Numbered from the stretch's first letter, positions 1 to 12,688 are shown. The stretch is 64,000 bases of DNA from an uncultured Rhodospirillaceae bacterium (GCA_913052165.1 CAJXEC010000002.1:133-64132); one strand, 5' to 3'. Numbers and translations are program-made. Notes: a model not told the origin generated them from the letters alone.

Positions 1-1
1 A

Positions 2-160
2 GCGCACGTAATTGATAGCACAGGAACTTCTTTCGTGTTTGAAATATCAGGATCAACCAAAAAAATAAATGCTTTTATCGAGTTGATGGGGCCTCTGGGG
101 TTAGTCGAAGCTTCCAGAACTGGTGTTGTTGCTATTGCGCGCGGGGCAAAGGGGCTTTAG
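2..160 (+). CDS. ilvH: acetolactate synthase small (regulatory) subunit, C-terminal fragment; the 5' end lies outside the window
   Basis: The frame starting at nt 2 reads AHVIDSTGTSFVFEISGSTKKINAFIELMGPLGLVEASRTGVVAIARGAKGL then TAG at 158..160. This is the typical IlvH/IlvN C-terminus, and it lies directly upstream of ilvC. Confidence 0.75.
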   Translation, partial: AHVIDSTGTSFVFEISGSTKKINAFIELMGPLGLVEASRTGVVAIARGAKGL

Positions 161-173
161 GTAGACGTTCTAG

Positions 174-1247
<1,074 letters not shown>

Positions 1248-1414
1248 GAAGCAATTCTGATAAAAAAGAAAAGTTTTTAGCTGAAAATAAATAAAATTTT
1301 GGTTAATAGTTGTTGCACTAACGTGTAAGCTTCGAAAAAAGCTTCTCGTTGTATTTTTTAAGAGTGGCGATATCTCCTATCTCCAGTGATAGGCTAATTT
1401 TAAGGAGCTGGAAT

Positions 1415-2971
1415 ATGAACGCCAGCAAAAATAAACCCGATAAGGTAGTGATATTCGACACTACCTTGCGGGACGGGGAGCAGTCTCCAGGTGCATCCAT
1501 GAATCTTGAGGAGAAACTCGGGATTGCTGAGTTATTAGAAGAAATGGGTGTGGATGTAATAGAAGCGGGTTTTCCTATTGCATCTGTAGGAGATTTCGAG
1601 GCCGTCAACGAGGTTGCGAAATTGGCGAAGGGCCCAATTGTTTGTGGATTGGCTCGCTCCGCTCGAGGAGATATTGACCGCGCAGCGGAGGCATTAAAAC
1701 CTGCTCAACAGAGCAGAATTCACACATTTATCTCCACCAGCCCGCTGCATATGAAATTTAAATTGCGTATGGAGCCAGAGGAGGTTTATCAAGCTGTTAT
1801 TGATAGTGTGTCATATGCGCGGCAGTTTACTGATAACGTGGAATGGTCCCCGGAGGACGGATCAAGGACAGAGCATGATTTTTTATGTCGCACCGTCGAG
1901 GCTGCGATTAAAGCTGGCGCATTGACGATAAATATCCCCGATACGGTGGGCTACGCTGTACCGGAAGAGTTTGGCTCTTTGATCGCGATGCTTAAAAATC
2001 GTGTGCCAAATATTGATAAGGCAATCATTTCAACTCATTGCCACAATGATTTGGGATTGGCCGTGGCAAATTCACTGTCTGGGGTGTCTGCAGGTGCTCG
2101 CCAGATAGAATGTACTATAAATGGTCTGGGCGAGCGCGCCGGTAACGCAGCCTTGGAGGAAATTGTAATGGCTTTGCGAACGCGAAGCGACATGTTGCCA
2201 TTCACCACCGGAATAGAAACTACCCATATTTCAAGAGCATCTCGGATGGTTGCGTCAGTGACGGGATTTGCGGTGCAGCCGAATAAGGCCATTGTCGGGG
2301 CGAACGCATTCGCGCATGAGTCCGGTATCCACCAAGATGGCATGCTGAAAAATGCCCAGACTTACGAAATTATGACGCCGGAGTCGGTAGGTTTGACTCA
2401 ATCTAAGCTTGTGATGGGTAAGCATTCTGGACGTCATGCCTTCAGGGTAAAGTTAGAGGAACTGGGTTACGAGCTGGGAGAGAATGCTATTCAAGATGCG
2501 TTTTTAAGGTTTAAGTCGCTTGCAGATAAAAAAAAGGATGTTTACGACGAAGACATTGTTGCGCTTGTGGATGACGAGGTTCAGAGCAAGAAAGACTCAA
2601 TTCAATTTGCTTCGCTTAGGGTGATTTGTGGATCAGAGGACCCCCAAACCGCTACTCTTGCTCTTACAATCGATGGTGCACTGCATCAGGTAACAGCTAA
2701 AGGAGATGGTCCGGTCGATGCAACTTTTAACGCCATAACAGAAATTATTCAACACAACGCTCGCCTTCGGCTATATCAGGTGCACGCGGTCACTGAAGGC
2801 ACGGATGCGCAAGCAGAAGTCTCGGTTCGGTTGGAAGAGAATGGCAAGAGTGTCGTCGGACGCGGCGCTGATACCGATACTTTAGTGGCAAGCGCTCGCG
2901 CATATCTCAACGCTCTCAATAAATTAATAGAGAAGCGAGAGAAAACTTTGCCGGGCGCACTTTCCGCGTAA
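1415..2971 (+). CDS. leuA: 2-isopropylmalate synthase
   Basis: VIFDTTLRDGEQSPG and HCHNDLGLAVANS motifs, plus a C-terminal LeuA dimerisation/regulatory domain. I place the start at ATG 1415 (AAGGAG RBS at 1402..1407) rather than at the ORF-track start 1349. Confidence 0.95.
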   Translation: MNASKNKPDKVVIFDTTLRDGEQSPGASMNLEEKLGIAELLEEMGVDVIEAGFPIASVGDFEAVNEVAKLAKGPIVCGLARSARGDIDRAAEALKPAQQSRIHTFISTSPLHMKFKLRMEPEEVYQAVIDSVSYARQFTDNVEWSPEDGSRTEHDFLCRTVEAAIKAGALTINIPDTVGYAVPEEFGSLIAMLKNRVPNIDKAIISTHCHNDLGLAVANSLSGVSAGARQIECTINGLGERAGNAALEEIVMALRTRSDMLPFTTGIETTHISRASRMVASVTGFAVQPNKAIVGANAFAHESGIHQDGMLKNAQTYEIMTPESVGLTQSKLVMGKHSGRHAFRVKLEELGYELGENAIQDAFLRFKSLADKKKDVYDEDIVALVDDEVQSKKDSIQFASLRVICGSEDPQTATLALTIDGALHQVTAKGDGPVDATFNAITEIIQHNARLRLYQVHAVTEGTDAQAEVSVRLEENGKSVVGRGADTDTLVASARAYLNALNKLIEKREKTLPGALSA

Positions 2972-3007
2972 AGGGGTTGTGAAATGAATGAATTTGTTGA
3001 GGGGTAG

Positions 3008-4054
<1,047 letters not shown>

Positions 4055-4101
4055 GAGCCTGATGGGTTTAGAGTGCTGTTTTCCACACGAAGTTACTGGT
4101 A

Positions 4102-4968
4102 ATGAGAATAAACTCTAAATTTAGGCCTGGGTCGCGACTGATAAGGCTCTCATCTCCTTTGAGGGCCGTTATCCATAAATCTCTTATTTTTATTCTGATA
4201 TCGGCTGCCATTAGTTTTATGGTATTAGATAAAAATAAAAGCACCACCATTGAGAGGACTTCGGTGGTGATAGCAGACGTTTTTTCACCAATACTTGACT
4301 TTGTTTCGAGGCCGGCAGCGTCAATCAATAAGTTTCTCCAGGGTCTAGAAAATCTGTCGCAATTGCACAAGGATAATTTGCGACTCAGAGCAGAAAATGA
4401 ACGGCTAAAAGATTGGAAAATGATTGCTCGAGATTTAGGGGCTCAAAATAGGGTGCTGAAAGCTCTTTTAGGACTTACTAGCGATCTGCCTCCATCTCAA
4501 GTGACGGCCCGAGTAATTGGTGACGCGGCCGGCCCTTTTGTTCGCAGTTTGATTATTAATGTCGGGACAAATCGGGGTCTTAAAAAGGGTAATGCAGTCG
4601 TTTCAGGAGAGGGGTTAATTGGCCGGGTCATTTCAGTCGGTGAGAGATCAGCGCGGGTTTTGTTGATTACAGATATAAACTCACGCGTTCCCGTTTTGGT
4701 TGAGTCATCGCGGGATAGGGCAATCTTAACGGGAACTAATGTTGGTCAGCCAAAGCTTTTATTTTTGCCTGCGTCGGCAGATTTAACAGAGGGAGACAGG
4801 GTGGTTACTTCGGGTCATGGAGGTGTTTTCCCAGTCGGGTTGCCGGTCGGAACTATTATAAACTCCGGTGATGGAAATGTTCTTATTTCAACTTTGGCAA
4901 GGCTGGGTCGACTCGAGTATGTTCGCGTTCTGGTTTTCGATAAAATTACCCCCCCGGATCAAAATTGA
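4102..4968 (+). CDS. mreC: rod shape-determining protein MreC
   Basis: 288 aa with an N-terminal TM segment, a coiled-coil region (LRLRAENERLKDW) and beta-rich C-terminal repeats (GLIGRV..., VVTSGHGGVFPVGLPVG). Position between mreB and mreD. Confidence 0.85.
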   Translation: MRINSKFRPGSRLIRLSSPLRAVIHKSLIFILISAAISFMVLDKNKSTTIERTSVVIADVFSPILDFVSRPAASINKFLQGLENLSQLHKDNLRLRAENERLKDWKMIARDLGAQNRVLKALLGLTSDLPPSQVTARVIGDAAGPFVRSLIINVGTNRGLKKGNAVVSGEGLIGRVISVGERSARVLLITDINSRVPVLVESSRDRAILTGTNVGQPKLLFLPASADLTEGDRVVTSGHGGVFPVGLPVGTIINSGDGNVLISTLARLGRLEYVRVLVFDKITPPDQN

Positions 4969-5001
4969 AGAGAATATTAGCTTTTTGCGTGGAGCAAGAG
5001 G

Positions 5002-5517
5002 GTGCTTAGCAACTTTTTGAGCTTTGTGGAGAATATTGCCCGAGATCAAGTTCCTATGATAACCATGATAGTGTTGGTGCTGATATCAGTTCCACCACTT
5101 TATTTGCCTCATTATGGCGGGATCGCGATTAATTTTAGCTTACTTGGTTTGTTCTATTGGTCCGTTTATAAGCCACAACTAATTCATTTGTTCACAGCCT
5201 TCTTGTTAGGTCTATTTTATGATTTTTTGGCGGGCGTGCCTGTGGGTATGTTCGCCCTGATATTTGTGGTCTCCCGGGCATTGCTTGGTATCTATAGCGG
5301 GCGCCTCGGAGCAGCTAACTTTCTGAGTCTTTGGTTGGGATTTTTTTTATTTGTCGTTGGGACGAGCTTCACGGGGTGGTTGGCTAGTTCACTATGGTAC
5401 GGAGTATTTTTAGATCCAGTTTCAGTTCTATTTCATGCAATATTGACGGTGGCATCATTTCCTTTCGGGACGGTTTTGTTGGTATGGATCAGCCGAAAAG
5501 TTTACCAGGTCGGCTAA
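5002..5517 (+). CDS. mreD: rod shape-determining protein MreD
   Basis: 171-aa polytopic membrane protein in the canonical slot between mreC and mrdA. GTG start. Its stop abuts the mrdA ATG. Confidence 0.75.
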   Translation: MLSNFLSFVENIARDQVPMITMIVLVLISVPPLYLPHYGGIAINFSLLGLFYWSVYKPQLIHLFTAFLLGLFYDFLAGVPVGMFALIFVVSRALLGIYSGRLGAANFLSLWLGFFLFVVGTSFTGWLASSLWYGVFLDPVSVLFHAILTVASFPFGTVLLVWISRKVYQVG

Positions 5518-7371
5518 ATGTATCGTGAAGATTACGAACGTCGCAAGAAGTTTACCCGCCGCGCTTTGATCTTAGCCGGTGCTCAACTCGGTATGATCGG
5601 AGTTCTTGGAGGGCGACTTTACCAGCTTCAAGTGTTGGAGGCGGATCGATTTAAAACCCTCGCAGATGACAACCGCATTAATATGAAATTATTAGTCCCC
5701 CCAAGGGGAAGAATTTTCGATCGTAATGGCAAGCCTTTGGCCGTAAACCGGATGGTTTATCGGGTCTTGCTCACAGCAGAGCGGACCGAAGACGTTGCGA
5801 AAACTCTCAAGATCCTTGCCAAGCTTATCGGAACCAGTCCTTTAGATGTCAAGAGAATTTTAGCGGAGGTAGGTCGTCGGCGAAATTTTGTCCCTGTGAC
5901 TGTAAAGGATAACTTAGAGTGGGAGATGGTCGCAGGAATAGAAGTAAATGCTCCTGATCTACCTGGTATATCTATCGAAGCGGATCAGACAAGGGAATAT
6001 CCTCATGCCAGGGAAATTTCACATTTGCTCGGTTACGTCGCTCCGCCGCCGCCAGATTCAAAGGACACAGATCCATTACTCGAGTTACCTGGCTTTCGTG
6101 TCGGAAAGACGGGCATTGAAAGGCAGTTTGATCTAACCTTACGCGGAAAAGCAGGCGCTAGTCAGCTCGAGGTTAATGCGTTAGGTCGTGTAATCAGAGA
6201 GCTTGAGAGAAAAGAAGGTGTCGCGGGAGACGACATTGTGTTGACAGTTGATCTCGACTTACAGCGGTTTGCTAGAAAGCGTTTATCTTCTCTAAAAAGT
6301 GCTGCCGCAGTTGTGTTGGATGTCGAGAGAGGTGATGTTTTAACGCTCTGCTCTGTGCCCGGCTACAACCCCAATGATTTTAACAAGGGACTTAGTCGAG
6401 AAGACTGGGAAGCTATCAAAGATGATATTTATGACCCATTGATCAACAAATCAATTTCGGGGCTCTACGCACCAGGGTCTACTTTCAAAATGCTCGTCGG
6501 CCTCGCTGCTTTAAAATATAAATTAATTAGCCCCCGAGATGCTATTTTTTGCCCCGGTCACTTCACCCTCGGTATGGGAAAATTTCATTGCTGGATGAAG
6601 AACGGGCATGGCCCTGTGAATATGAAACAAGCCCTGCAGCAAAGTTGTGATGTTTATTTTTATGAACTGGCCAACAGGATCGGTGTTGAGCGCATAGCAA
6701 AGATGGCTAGCATTTTGGGGCTTGGACAGCTAACAGGTATAGATCTTCCTGGAGAAAAAAGTGGCTTGGTGCCCACTCGATCTTGGAAGCAAAAAACACT
6801 TGGTAAATCCTGGCAGGGCGGAGAAACTATTCTCGCAGGTATAGGTCAAGGGTTTGTGTTGTCGACCCCTCTTCAGCTCGCCGTAATGACAGCAAGGTTG
6901 GCAACCGGACGAGAGATAAAACCACATCTTCTTCGTGCTTTAATTTCCGGCGAGGAGATCAGAGTAACCGATAGGCCGCTTCCCCCAAAATTAAAGATAA
7001 ACCCACGGCATTTGGAAGTCATAAAAAGTGGTATGGACGCAGCGGTTAATACACCCCGCGGGACTGGTTGGGGAGCGAGGATCTCTGAGAGAAAAAATTC
7101 TATGGCGGGCAAAACGGGGACCTCTCAAGTCCGCCGCATTAGTTCATATGAACGCGAAACAGGTATAATTAAAAACGAAGAACTACCTTGGAAGGACCGT
7201 GACCATTCTCTTTTTGTCGCATTTGCGCCAGTAAAAAAGCCAAAATTAGCTATTTCCGTTATAGCCGAGCACGGCGGCAGTGGATCTAAGGTTGCAGCAC
7301 CGGTTGCCCGTGACATATTGGAAGAGGCCTTTAAGCGCAATCTATTATCCGCTTCTAGCAGAAAAGATTAA
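5518..7371 (+). CDS. mrdA: penicillin-binding protein 2 (elongasome transpeptidase)
   Basis: 617 aa with an N-terminal anchor and the transpeptidase motifs STFK (APGSTFKM), SxN-like and KTGT (GKTGTSQV). Confidence 0.93.
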   Translation: MYREDYERRKKFTRRALILAGAQLGMIGVLGGRLYQLQVLEADRFKTLADDNRINMKLLVPPRGRIFDRNGKPLAVNRMVYRVLLTAERTEDVAKTLKILAKLIGTSPLDVKRILAEVGRRRNFVPVTVKDNLEWEMVAGIEVNAPDLPGISIEADQTREYPHAREISHLLGYVAPPPPDSKDTDPLLELPGFRVGKTGIERQFDLTLRGKAGASQLEVNALGRVIRELERKEGVAGDDIVLTVDLDLQRFARKRLSSLKSAAAVVLDVERGDVLTLCSVPGYNPNDFNKGLSREDWEAIKDDIYDPLINKSISGLYAPGSTFKMLVGLAALKYKLISPRDAIFCPGHFTLGMGKFHCWMKNGHGPVNMKQALQQSCDVYFYELANRIGVERIAKMASILGLGQLTGIDLPGEKSGLVPTRSWKQKTLGKSWQGGETILAGIGQGFVLSTPLQLAVMTARLATGREIKPHLLRALISGEEIRVTDRPLPPKLKINPRHLEVIKSGMDAAVNTPRGTGWGARISERKNSMAGKTGTSQVRRISSYERETGIIKNEELPWKDRDHSLFVAFAPVKKPKLAISVIAEHGGSGSKVAAPVARDILEEAFKRNLLSASSRKD

Positions 7372-7373
7372 GT

Positions 7374-8522
7374 ATGGCCCTTGGAGTTGAATATAACCCA
7401 GATAATGTAGGGTTAGGTCAGAAGTTAAAAATGGTCAGTTGGCCCTTACTTCTTATTCTCTGCATAATCGCTGGAGTAGGTTTCTGCATGCTGTATTCCG
7501 CTGGGAACGGTAATTGGGAGCCCTGGGCATCGAGACAGCTTGCCCGTTTTATTTTTGGAGCAGCGATACTGCTTTTGATCGCAGTTACGGATATACGCAT
7601 TTGGTTAAGATACTCTTATTTCATTTACTTCCTATCACTAGCTTTATTGATTGCAGTTGAATTGAAGGGCGTAATCGGGATGGGTGCCCAACGTTGGATT
7701 GATCTCAAATTTGTTCAGTTGCAGCCATCAGAGATCATGAAAATAGCAATAGTCCTTGCTCTAGCGAGATACTTTCATGGTGTTACTTTATCTGAATTAA
7801 AAACTATTCGGCGGCTTTTAACCCCTGTATTGCTGGTAGCGATTCCGGTTGGCTTAGTGCTTCGCCAGCCTGATCTAGGGACTGCTGTTATGCTCGGTTT
7901 TACCGCAGTAGTAGTATTTTTTCTTGCGGGGGTTCAATTATGGAAATTTCTCATAGCAGGCCTGACCGGGTTAGCCTTTTTGCCTCTTGCTTGGTCTTTT
8001 TTACATGAATATCAAAAACGCCGTGTCGTAACATTTTTAGATCCAGAATCTGATCCTCTTGGGGCCGGTTATCATATTATTCAATCAAAAATTGCACTCG
8101 GTTCTGGGGGTGTTTTTGGAAAAGGGTTGCTTGCCGGGACCCAGAGTCACCTAAGTTTTTTACCTGAAAAGCAGACAGATTTTATCTTTACAATGTTCGC
8201 TGAGGAGTTTGGGCTTATCGGGAGTTTGACGCTTTTGGTCCTCTACACGTTGCTGATCGGTTATGGTTTTTTTATTTCCTACCGAGTAGGCCATCAATTT
8301 GGCAGGCTGGTCTGTGCGGGTATTATGAGCGTACTTTTTTTCTATGTTTTTATAAATATGGCTATGGTAATGGGTCTAGTGCCAGTCGTTGGAGTGCCGT
8401 TGCCCCTAATTTCATACGGAGGAACCTCAATGCTCTCGCTAATGATTGGATTTGGATTATTGATGTCGGCTAATGTGCATCGCAATGTCCAAATCAATCG
8501 CCATGGTGACTTTATTGATTAA
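7374..8522 (+). CDS. rodA: peptidoglycan glycosyltransferase RodA (SEDS family)
   Basis: 382-aa polytopic protein with SEDS signatures (QPSEIMKIAIVLALA, TDFIFTMFAEEFG, PLPLISYGGTSM), directly after mrdA. Confidence 0.93.
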   Translation: MALGVEYNPDNVGLGQKLKMVSWPLLLILCIIAGVGFCMLYSAGNGNWEPWASRQLARFIFGAAILLLIAVTDIRIWLRYSYFIYFLSLALLIAVELKGVIGMGAQRWIDLKFVQLQPSEIMKIAIVLALARYFHGVTLSELKTIRRLLTPVLLVAIPVGLVLRQPDLGTAVMLGFTAVVVFFLAGVQLWKFLIAGLTGLAFLPLAWSFLHEYQKRRVVTFLDPESDPLGAGYHIIQSKIALGSGGVFGKGLLAGTQSHLSFLPEKQTDFIFTMFAEEFGLIGSLTLLVLYTLLIGYGFFISYRVGHQFGRLVCAGIMSVLFFYVFINMAMVMGLVPVVGVPLPLISYGGTSMLSLMIGFGLLMSANVHRNVQINRHGDFID

Positions 8523-8558
8523 TTATCGATAATTTGAAACGCTGTTTCTTGCTTTTTA

Positions 8559-8583
8559 GGCGAGACATGACAAAGTTCTCGCC
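8559..8583 (+). terminator. possible hairpin terminator after rodA
   Basis: GGCGAGA (8559..8565) pairs perfectly with TCTCGCC (8577..8583) across an 11-nt loop. Only a weak T tract follows. Confidence 0.3.
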
Positions 8584-8613
8584 TTGTGGAAATAATTCTT
8601 TTGAGGCTCGGCT

Positions 8614-9477
8614 ATGAATAACTTTGATACCGCAACTCAACTCGTTCCCAGGGTTCATCCTCTTTCTAATGCGGGTGGAGCAATAATCTCAGACATTGAC
8701 CTGCGAAGTCCAATCTCTGAGGAGGTTGGGGAAATGCTCCGATCCGCATGGAGAACTTATCTTGTGTTGGTTATTCGCGATTTGAATATCGAGGAACAGC
8801 ATCAAGAAAGCTTTTGTAAAATTTTTGGAAACTTAGCTGGTTTACGCTCTAAAGTGTATAGAACGGGCGGCGATACTAAGTCTCATGCTTTGTGGGTGGC
8901 AAATGCCGAGGATTTATCACGGCCAACCGCGGTGCAACAAGGCGAAATGATGTTTCACATCGACCAGTGCTATACTGAACGTCCCTCAAAGGCCTCAACT
9001 TTATACGCTGTAACTATTCCAGATGAGGGAGGGAACACCCGATTTAGCAATTTGATAAAGGCTTACGAAGGACTAAGTGATGATTGGAAAATGCGTATCG
9101 AGGGTTTGCAGGCTCTGAATTATTTCGATTACCAGGCCAACGCTACTACCAGACCAGAAACTATCGATCCGAACGGTCCTCAATTTCTTCACCCTGTAGT
9201 TCGAACACATCCTGAAACCGGGCGAAAATCTTTATTTGTGAATCGCCAAATGACGATTTTTATCGAAGGCCTGGGGGCTAATGAAAGCGACGAGATTTTA
9301 AATTATCTTTTCGAGATGATAGAGGATCCGACAAATGTGTATGAGCATGTTTGGAAAGTAGGGGACCTAGTTCTTTGGGACAATCGTTGTACTGCACATG
9401 CCAGAACCTATTATGATCCCAAAGAGTCCAGACTTTTGCGGAGGATGACAGTGTTGGATGAGAACCCTGTAACGTAA
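8614..9477 (+). CDS. TauD/TfdA-family Fe(II)/2-oxoglutarate-dependent dioxygenase
   Basis: 287 aa with an HxD facial-triad motif (MFHIDQ) and the distal His in WDNRCTAHAR, which is the family signature. Confidence 0.85.
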   Translation: MNNFDTATQLVPRVHPLSNAGGAIISDIDLRSPISEEVGEMLRSAWRTYLVLVIRDLNIEEQHQESFCKIFGNLAGLRSKVYRTGGDTKSHALWVANAEDLSRPTAVQQGEMMFHIDQCYTERPSKASTLYAVTIPDEGGNTRFSNLIKAYEGLSDDWKMRIEGLQALNYFDYQANATTRPETIDPNGPQFLHPVVRTHPETGRKSLFVNRQMTIFIEGLGANESDEILNYLFEMIEDPTNVYEHVWKVGDLVLWDNRCTAHARTYYDPKESRLLRRMTVLDENPVT

Positions 9478-9497
9478 ATGACAATAATCGGGTTCGG

Positions 9498-10826
9498 TCA
9501 GACAGATCGAAACTGATTTTTCGGGCGAGGAAGCCCAAGATTTTCTCTCAAAGTGTTACCTTCATAATCTTCTCGATAAATTCCCTTTTTCTGAAGAATG
9601 GGAACTAGTTTTTCGACGAAATCATCGAGGCCTTGGGGCAAATAAGGGAATTGTATTGTAAATCCATCGGCCCCACCGGTGGAAAGCCACTCCTCCATCT
9701 GATCAGCCACAAGCTCGGGTGGCCCCATTAGACAGAGGCTCGAGTGACCGCCAATCCTCTGGGCGAGTTGTCGGACTGTAAGACACTCCTCCTCGGCTAT
9801 TCGAATTGCTTTTTCTCTACTTGATTGTCCAGCATTTGTCTCCGGTATATCGGGTAGCATCTCGTCGGGGTCAAATACGGATGCATCAGTACCGAGGGCG
9901 ATGGATAAAGATGCTATCGCACTTTCAAAGTGAACGAGTGAATCGAGTTTAGCTCGTCTTTCCTTTGCGTCTTCGAGCGAATTGGCAATGATGACCATGC
10001 AAGCAGGTAGGATGTGCATGTGCCGAGGGTTACGACCGATTTGTTTCATGCGGCCCTTTATGTCTGAGTAAAATTCTCGAGCATGATCTATCGTAGGCTG
10101 GGACGTGAATACTACTTCAGCTGTTTCTGCAGCTAGTTGGCGTCCAGCGTTTGATGCGCCTGCTTGGACGATAACCGGCCATCCCTGGATAGGGCGGCCA
10201 ATGTTTAGGGGGCCGCGAGATTTCAGATATTTTCCTTGATGATTGAGTATATGCATTTTTTCTGTATCGAAAAAAATGCCAGTTTTTTGGTTGCGAACGA
10301 ATGCGTCATCCTCCCAGCTATCCCAAAGACCTGTAACGACGTCGTAAAATTCTTTCGCCCTACTGTATCTTTCGTCATGCTCCATTTGGAATTCTATCCC
10401 GAAATTTCTGGATGCATTGGGGTTCGCGGTTGTAACAATGTTCCAGCCCGAACGTCCTCCGCTGATGTGATCAAGAGAGGCAAACCGGCGCGCGACGTGA
10501 TACGGGGCATCATAAGTTGTTGATGATGTTGCAACGAGACCTATTTTCTTGGTGACCATGGCGAGAGCAGAAAGAAGCGTCATAGGTTCAAAAGAAGTTG
10601 GGGTGGCTGACCGCTTAAGCGCTTCAATTGGCATGTTTAGCAACGCAAGGTGATCAGCCATAAAGAATGTATCGAATTTTCCTTCTTCTAATTTCTGGAT
10701 AAACCGAATTATGTGGTTGAGGTTAAAGTTTGCATCAGCAAACCCACCGGGATATCTCCAGCCACCCGTGTGTATGGTGGCTGGTCTCATAAAAGCGTTG
10801 AAGTGAAGTTTTCTCTTAGCACTCAT
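9498..10826 (-). CDS. LLM-class flavin-dependent monooxygenase, NtaA/SnaA/DszA subfamily
   Basis: About 442 aa. N-terminus KLHFNAFMRPATIHTGGWRYPG is typical of the subfamily. I prefer ATG 10826 over the GTG at 10853 used by the ORF track. Confidence 0.85.
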   Translation of the reverse strand: MSAKRKLHFNAFMRPATIHTGGWRYPGGFADANFNLNHIIRFIQKLEEGKFDTFFMADHLALLNMPIEALKRSATPTSFEPMTLLSALAMVTKKIGLVATSSTTYDAPYHVARRFASLDHISGGRSGWNIVTTANPNASRNFGIEFQMEHDERYSRAKEFYDVVTGLWDSWEDDAFVRNQKTGIFFDTEKMHILNHQGKYLKSRGPLNIGRPIQGWPVIVQAGASNAGRQLAAETAEVVFTSQPTIDHAREFYSDIKGRMKQIGRNPRHMHILPACMVIIANSLEDAKERRAKLDSLVHFESAIASLSIALGTDASVFDPDEMLPDIPETNAGQSSREKAIRIAEEECLTVRQLAQRIGGHSSLCLMGPPELVADQMEEWLSTGGADGFTIQFPYLPQGLDDFVEKLVPILQKKGIYREDYEGNTLRENLGLPRPKNQFRSV

Positions 10827-10915
10827 AAACCGTATCCAATTTGTGCTTTCCACGCATGAATTTGATGAATTATTGGGCCATCCAGTAAAAGATCACGAGA
10901 TTATGATCCGTTAAT

Positions 10916-12184
10916 TTATACTTTTACAGCCCCACCGATCCGGGGCGTAGGTTCGTCGTTCATGAATACCTGGAAAAGCCCGGCAGTTATACCTACCAGG
11001 ACTCCAATCTGCCAAGCCAGATCATAATTTCCCATTGCGTCAAACAAAAGCCCGGCTCCCCAGGCGCCGATAAAGGACCCAGTTTGATGGCATAGAAATG
11101 CTATTCCGGTTAGAGTTGCCATGTTTTTTAGGCCAAATATCTGAGATACCAAACCGGTAACTAGTGGCGCAACTCCGAGCCACAGGAAACCCATGACAGC
11201 TGCAAAAATCAGAGTGGTTATGGGTGTTGCTGGGAGCAAAAAGTAAACCACAATAAAAGATGATCGTAATATATATACACCACCTAAAAGAATCTGTTTG
11301 GGGAACTTTCCACCTAACCAGCCAAGAACGTAGCATCCCACCGCATTAAAACCACCTATCACAGCAAGAGCCTGGGCACCCAAGGCCGGCGATTGACCGC
11401 AAAGTTCAAGATAGACGGGTAGATGAGCTGTGATAAAGATCAATTGTAGGCCACAGACAAAATAAGCGACAGCCATGGTCACATACCCTTTGTGCTCCCA
11501 AGCCTCCAATAAAACTTCCCTGAGAGACATGTTGACGCTGGCGTCAATATTTTGACCATCACCTATTTTATCTTTGAAGACCTGATCCCCCGCTCCAGTA
11601 AAAAAAGCTGCTGGGATCATAACTGCGCACAAGCCAAGGAAGCCGACCATCGCAAACAACCATCCGTCGGAGTTGATCATCCCTTGGGCGAGTGGTGCAG
11701 CAATAAAGGTACCGATAGAGCCAAAAGCGGAGATAGTGCCCAGGGTAACGCTGCGTTTTAATGATGATACCGCTCGCGCGGATGCAGCCAGAGCTAGACT
11801 TAGGCCAGTGCAAGCCAGAGCCAGCCCTACCATTACACCAAGGCCTATCCAAAGGGCTATAGGTCCTGTCGCTACCATGGTGACACCAAGCCCCGCCGCG
11901 TATAAAAAAGAACCCAGGATGGTCATCATTCTGCAACCTAGGCGGTCCGCGATTGCACCGATGAGGGGCTGGCTCAGGCCCCAAGTAAGATTCTGCAAGG
12001 CAATTGCTAGCGTAAAGTCCGCAACCGTTATCCCCAGATCTTGTGTAACTGGATTAACAAAGAGCCCGAAACTCTGGCGCATGCCCATGCTCATCGTGAG
12101 CATCAAGCTTGCGCCGGTAAGGACAGATATTGTTTGAGCGCTAGTATACCCTGGATTTCTAAAATTCTCGGAAAGTTGAGCCAC
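10916..12184 (-). CDS. MFS transporter
   Basis: 422 aa with about 12 predicted TM segments and a loop 2-3 motif GAIADRLGCR. Substrate unknown; OFA-family resemblance is only a weak impression. Confidence 0.85.
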   Translation of the reverse strand: MAQLSENFRNPGYTSAQTISVLTGASLMLTMSMGMRQSFGLFVNPVTQDLGITVADFTLAIALQNLTWGLSQPLIGAIADRLGCRMMTILGSFLYAAGLGVTMVATGPIALWIGLGVMVGLALACTGLSLALAASARAVSSLKRSVTLGTISAFGSIGTFIAAPLAQGMINSDGWLFAMVGFLGLCAVMIPAAFFTGAGDQVFKDKIGDGQNIDASVNMSLREVLLEAWEHKGYVTMAVAYFVCGLQLIFITAHLPVYLELCGQSPALGAQALAVIGGFNAVGCYVLGWLGGKFPKQILLGGVYILRSSFIVVYFLLPATPITTLIFAAVMGFLWLGVAPLVTGLVSQIFGLKNMATLTGIAFLCHQTGSFIGAWGAGLLFDAMGNYDLAWQIGVLVGITAGLFQVFMNDEPTPRIGGAVKV

Positions 12185-12189
12185 AGAGT

Positions 12190-12687
12190 TTAGATAGGTA
12201 TGACCAATAGGGTATCTATACGCCGTGATTCTAATATGACCCGGCGCTCTGCAAATTTAAGTTCCCCATTATAGTCGATAATTTTGTCCATGTAGCGACC
12301 TGCCGCAAAAAGCATCATTTGACCCTCTGACATCGTTCGGACCAGAGTAAAGTTTGATTTTGTTGCAATCACACCTTGAGATGCGCTCGAGATATGAAGT
12401 GCGCTGACTGAATGACAGTAGGTGTGGGGCTCATAAATATTTGCCTGTCTTAATGCAGTGATCCTATCGCGAAACATCCCAGTCCCTTTACACTGGACAA
12501 GGCATATTGGTAGGCCCATTTCGTGATTTTCGCGTGTAGAAATACTGTATTCGCCATCAGCTGTGAAGAAATTTGGCCAGTCTTCCAACCGGTCATCATC
12601 TATTGTGTGCACGTAATTTGCATTTAGTGCATCAATACGAGGCCTCAGGGAGACTTCATCATCTAGTTGGCTTGGGATCAATGCCAT
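12190..12687 (-). CDS. aromatic-ring-hydroxylating dioxygenase, beta (small) subunit
   Basis: NTF2-like small-subunit pattern (NYVHTIDDDRLEDWPNFFTADGEY). I start it at ATG 12687 (MALIPSQ...), one nt after the alpha stop codon. The longer ORF-track start overlaps the alpha gene. Confidence 0.75.
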   Translation of the reverse strand: MALIPSQLDDEVSLRPRIDALNANYVHTIDDDRLEDWPNFFTADGEYSISTRENHEMGLPICLVQCKGTGMFRDRITALRQANIYEPHTYCHSVSALHISSASQGVIATKSNFTLVRTMSEGQMMLFAAGRYMDKIIDYNGELKFAERRVILESRRIDTLLVIPI

Positions 12688-12688
12688 C

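Noticed and set aside
1327-1359. AAGCTT-CGAAAA-AAGCTT hairpin followed by a T6 run between ilvC and leuA, as a terminator or leucine attenuator
   Set aside because: The stem is only 6 bp and AT-rich. The T run is 9 nt away from the stem, and no Leu-rich leader peptide is present. The evidence is too weak to annotate.
11568-12137. Long antisense or overlapping ORFs inside well-supported genes (for example 11568..11984, 11673..12137, 41036..41527, 52731..53240, 50988..51386)
   Set aside because: These are shadow ORFs opposite or out of frame to genes with strong family signatures. Their compositions are low-complexity or Arg/Pro/Ser-biased, and they have no RBS or family resemblance.
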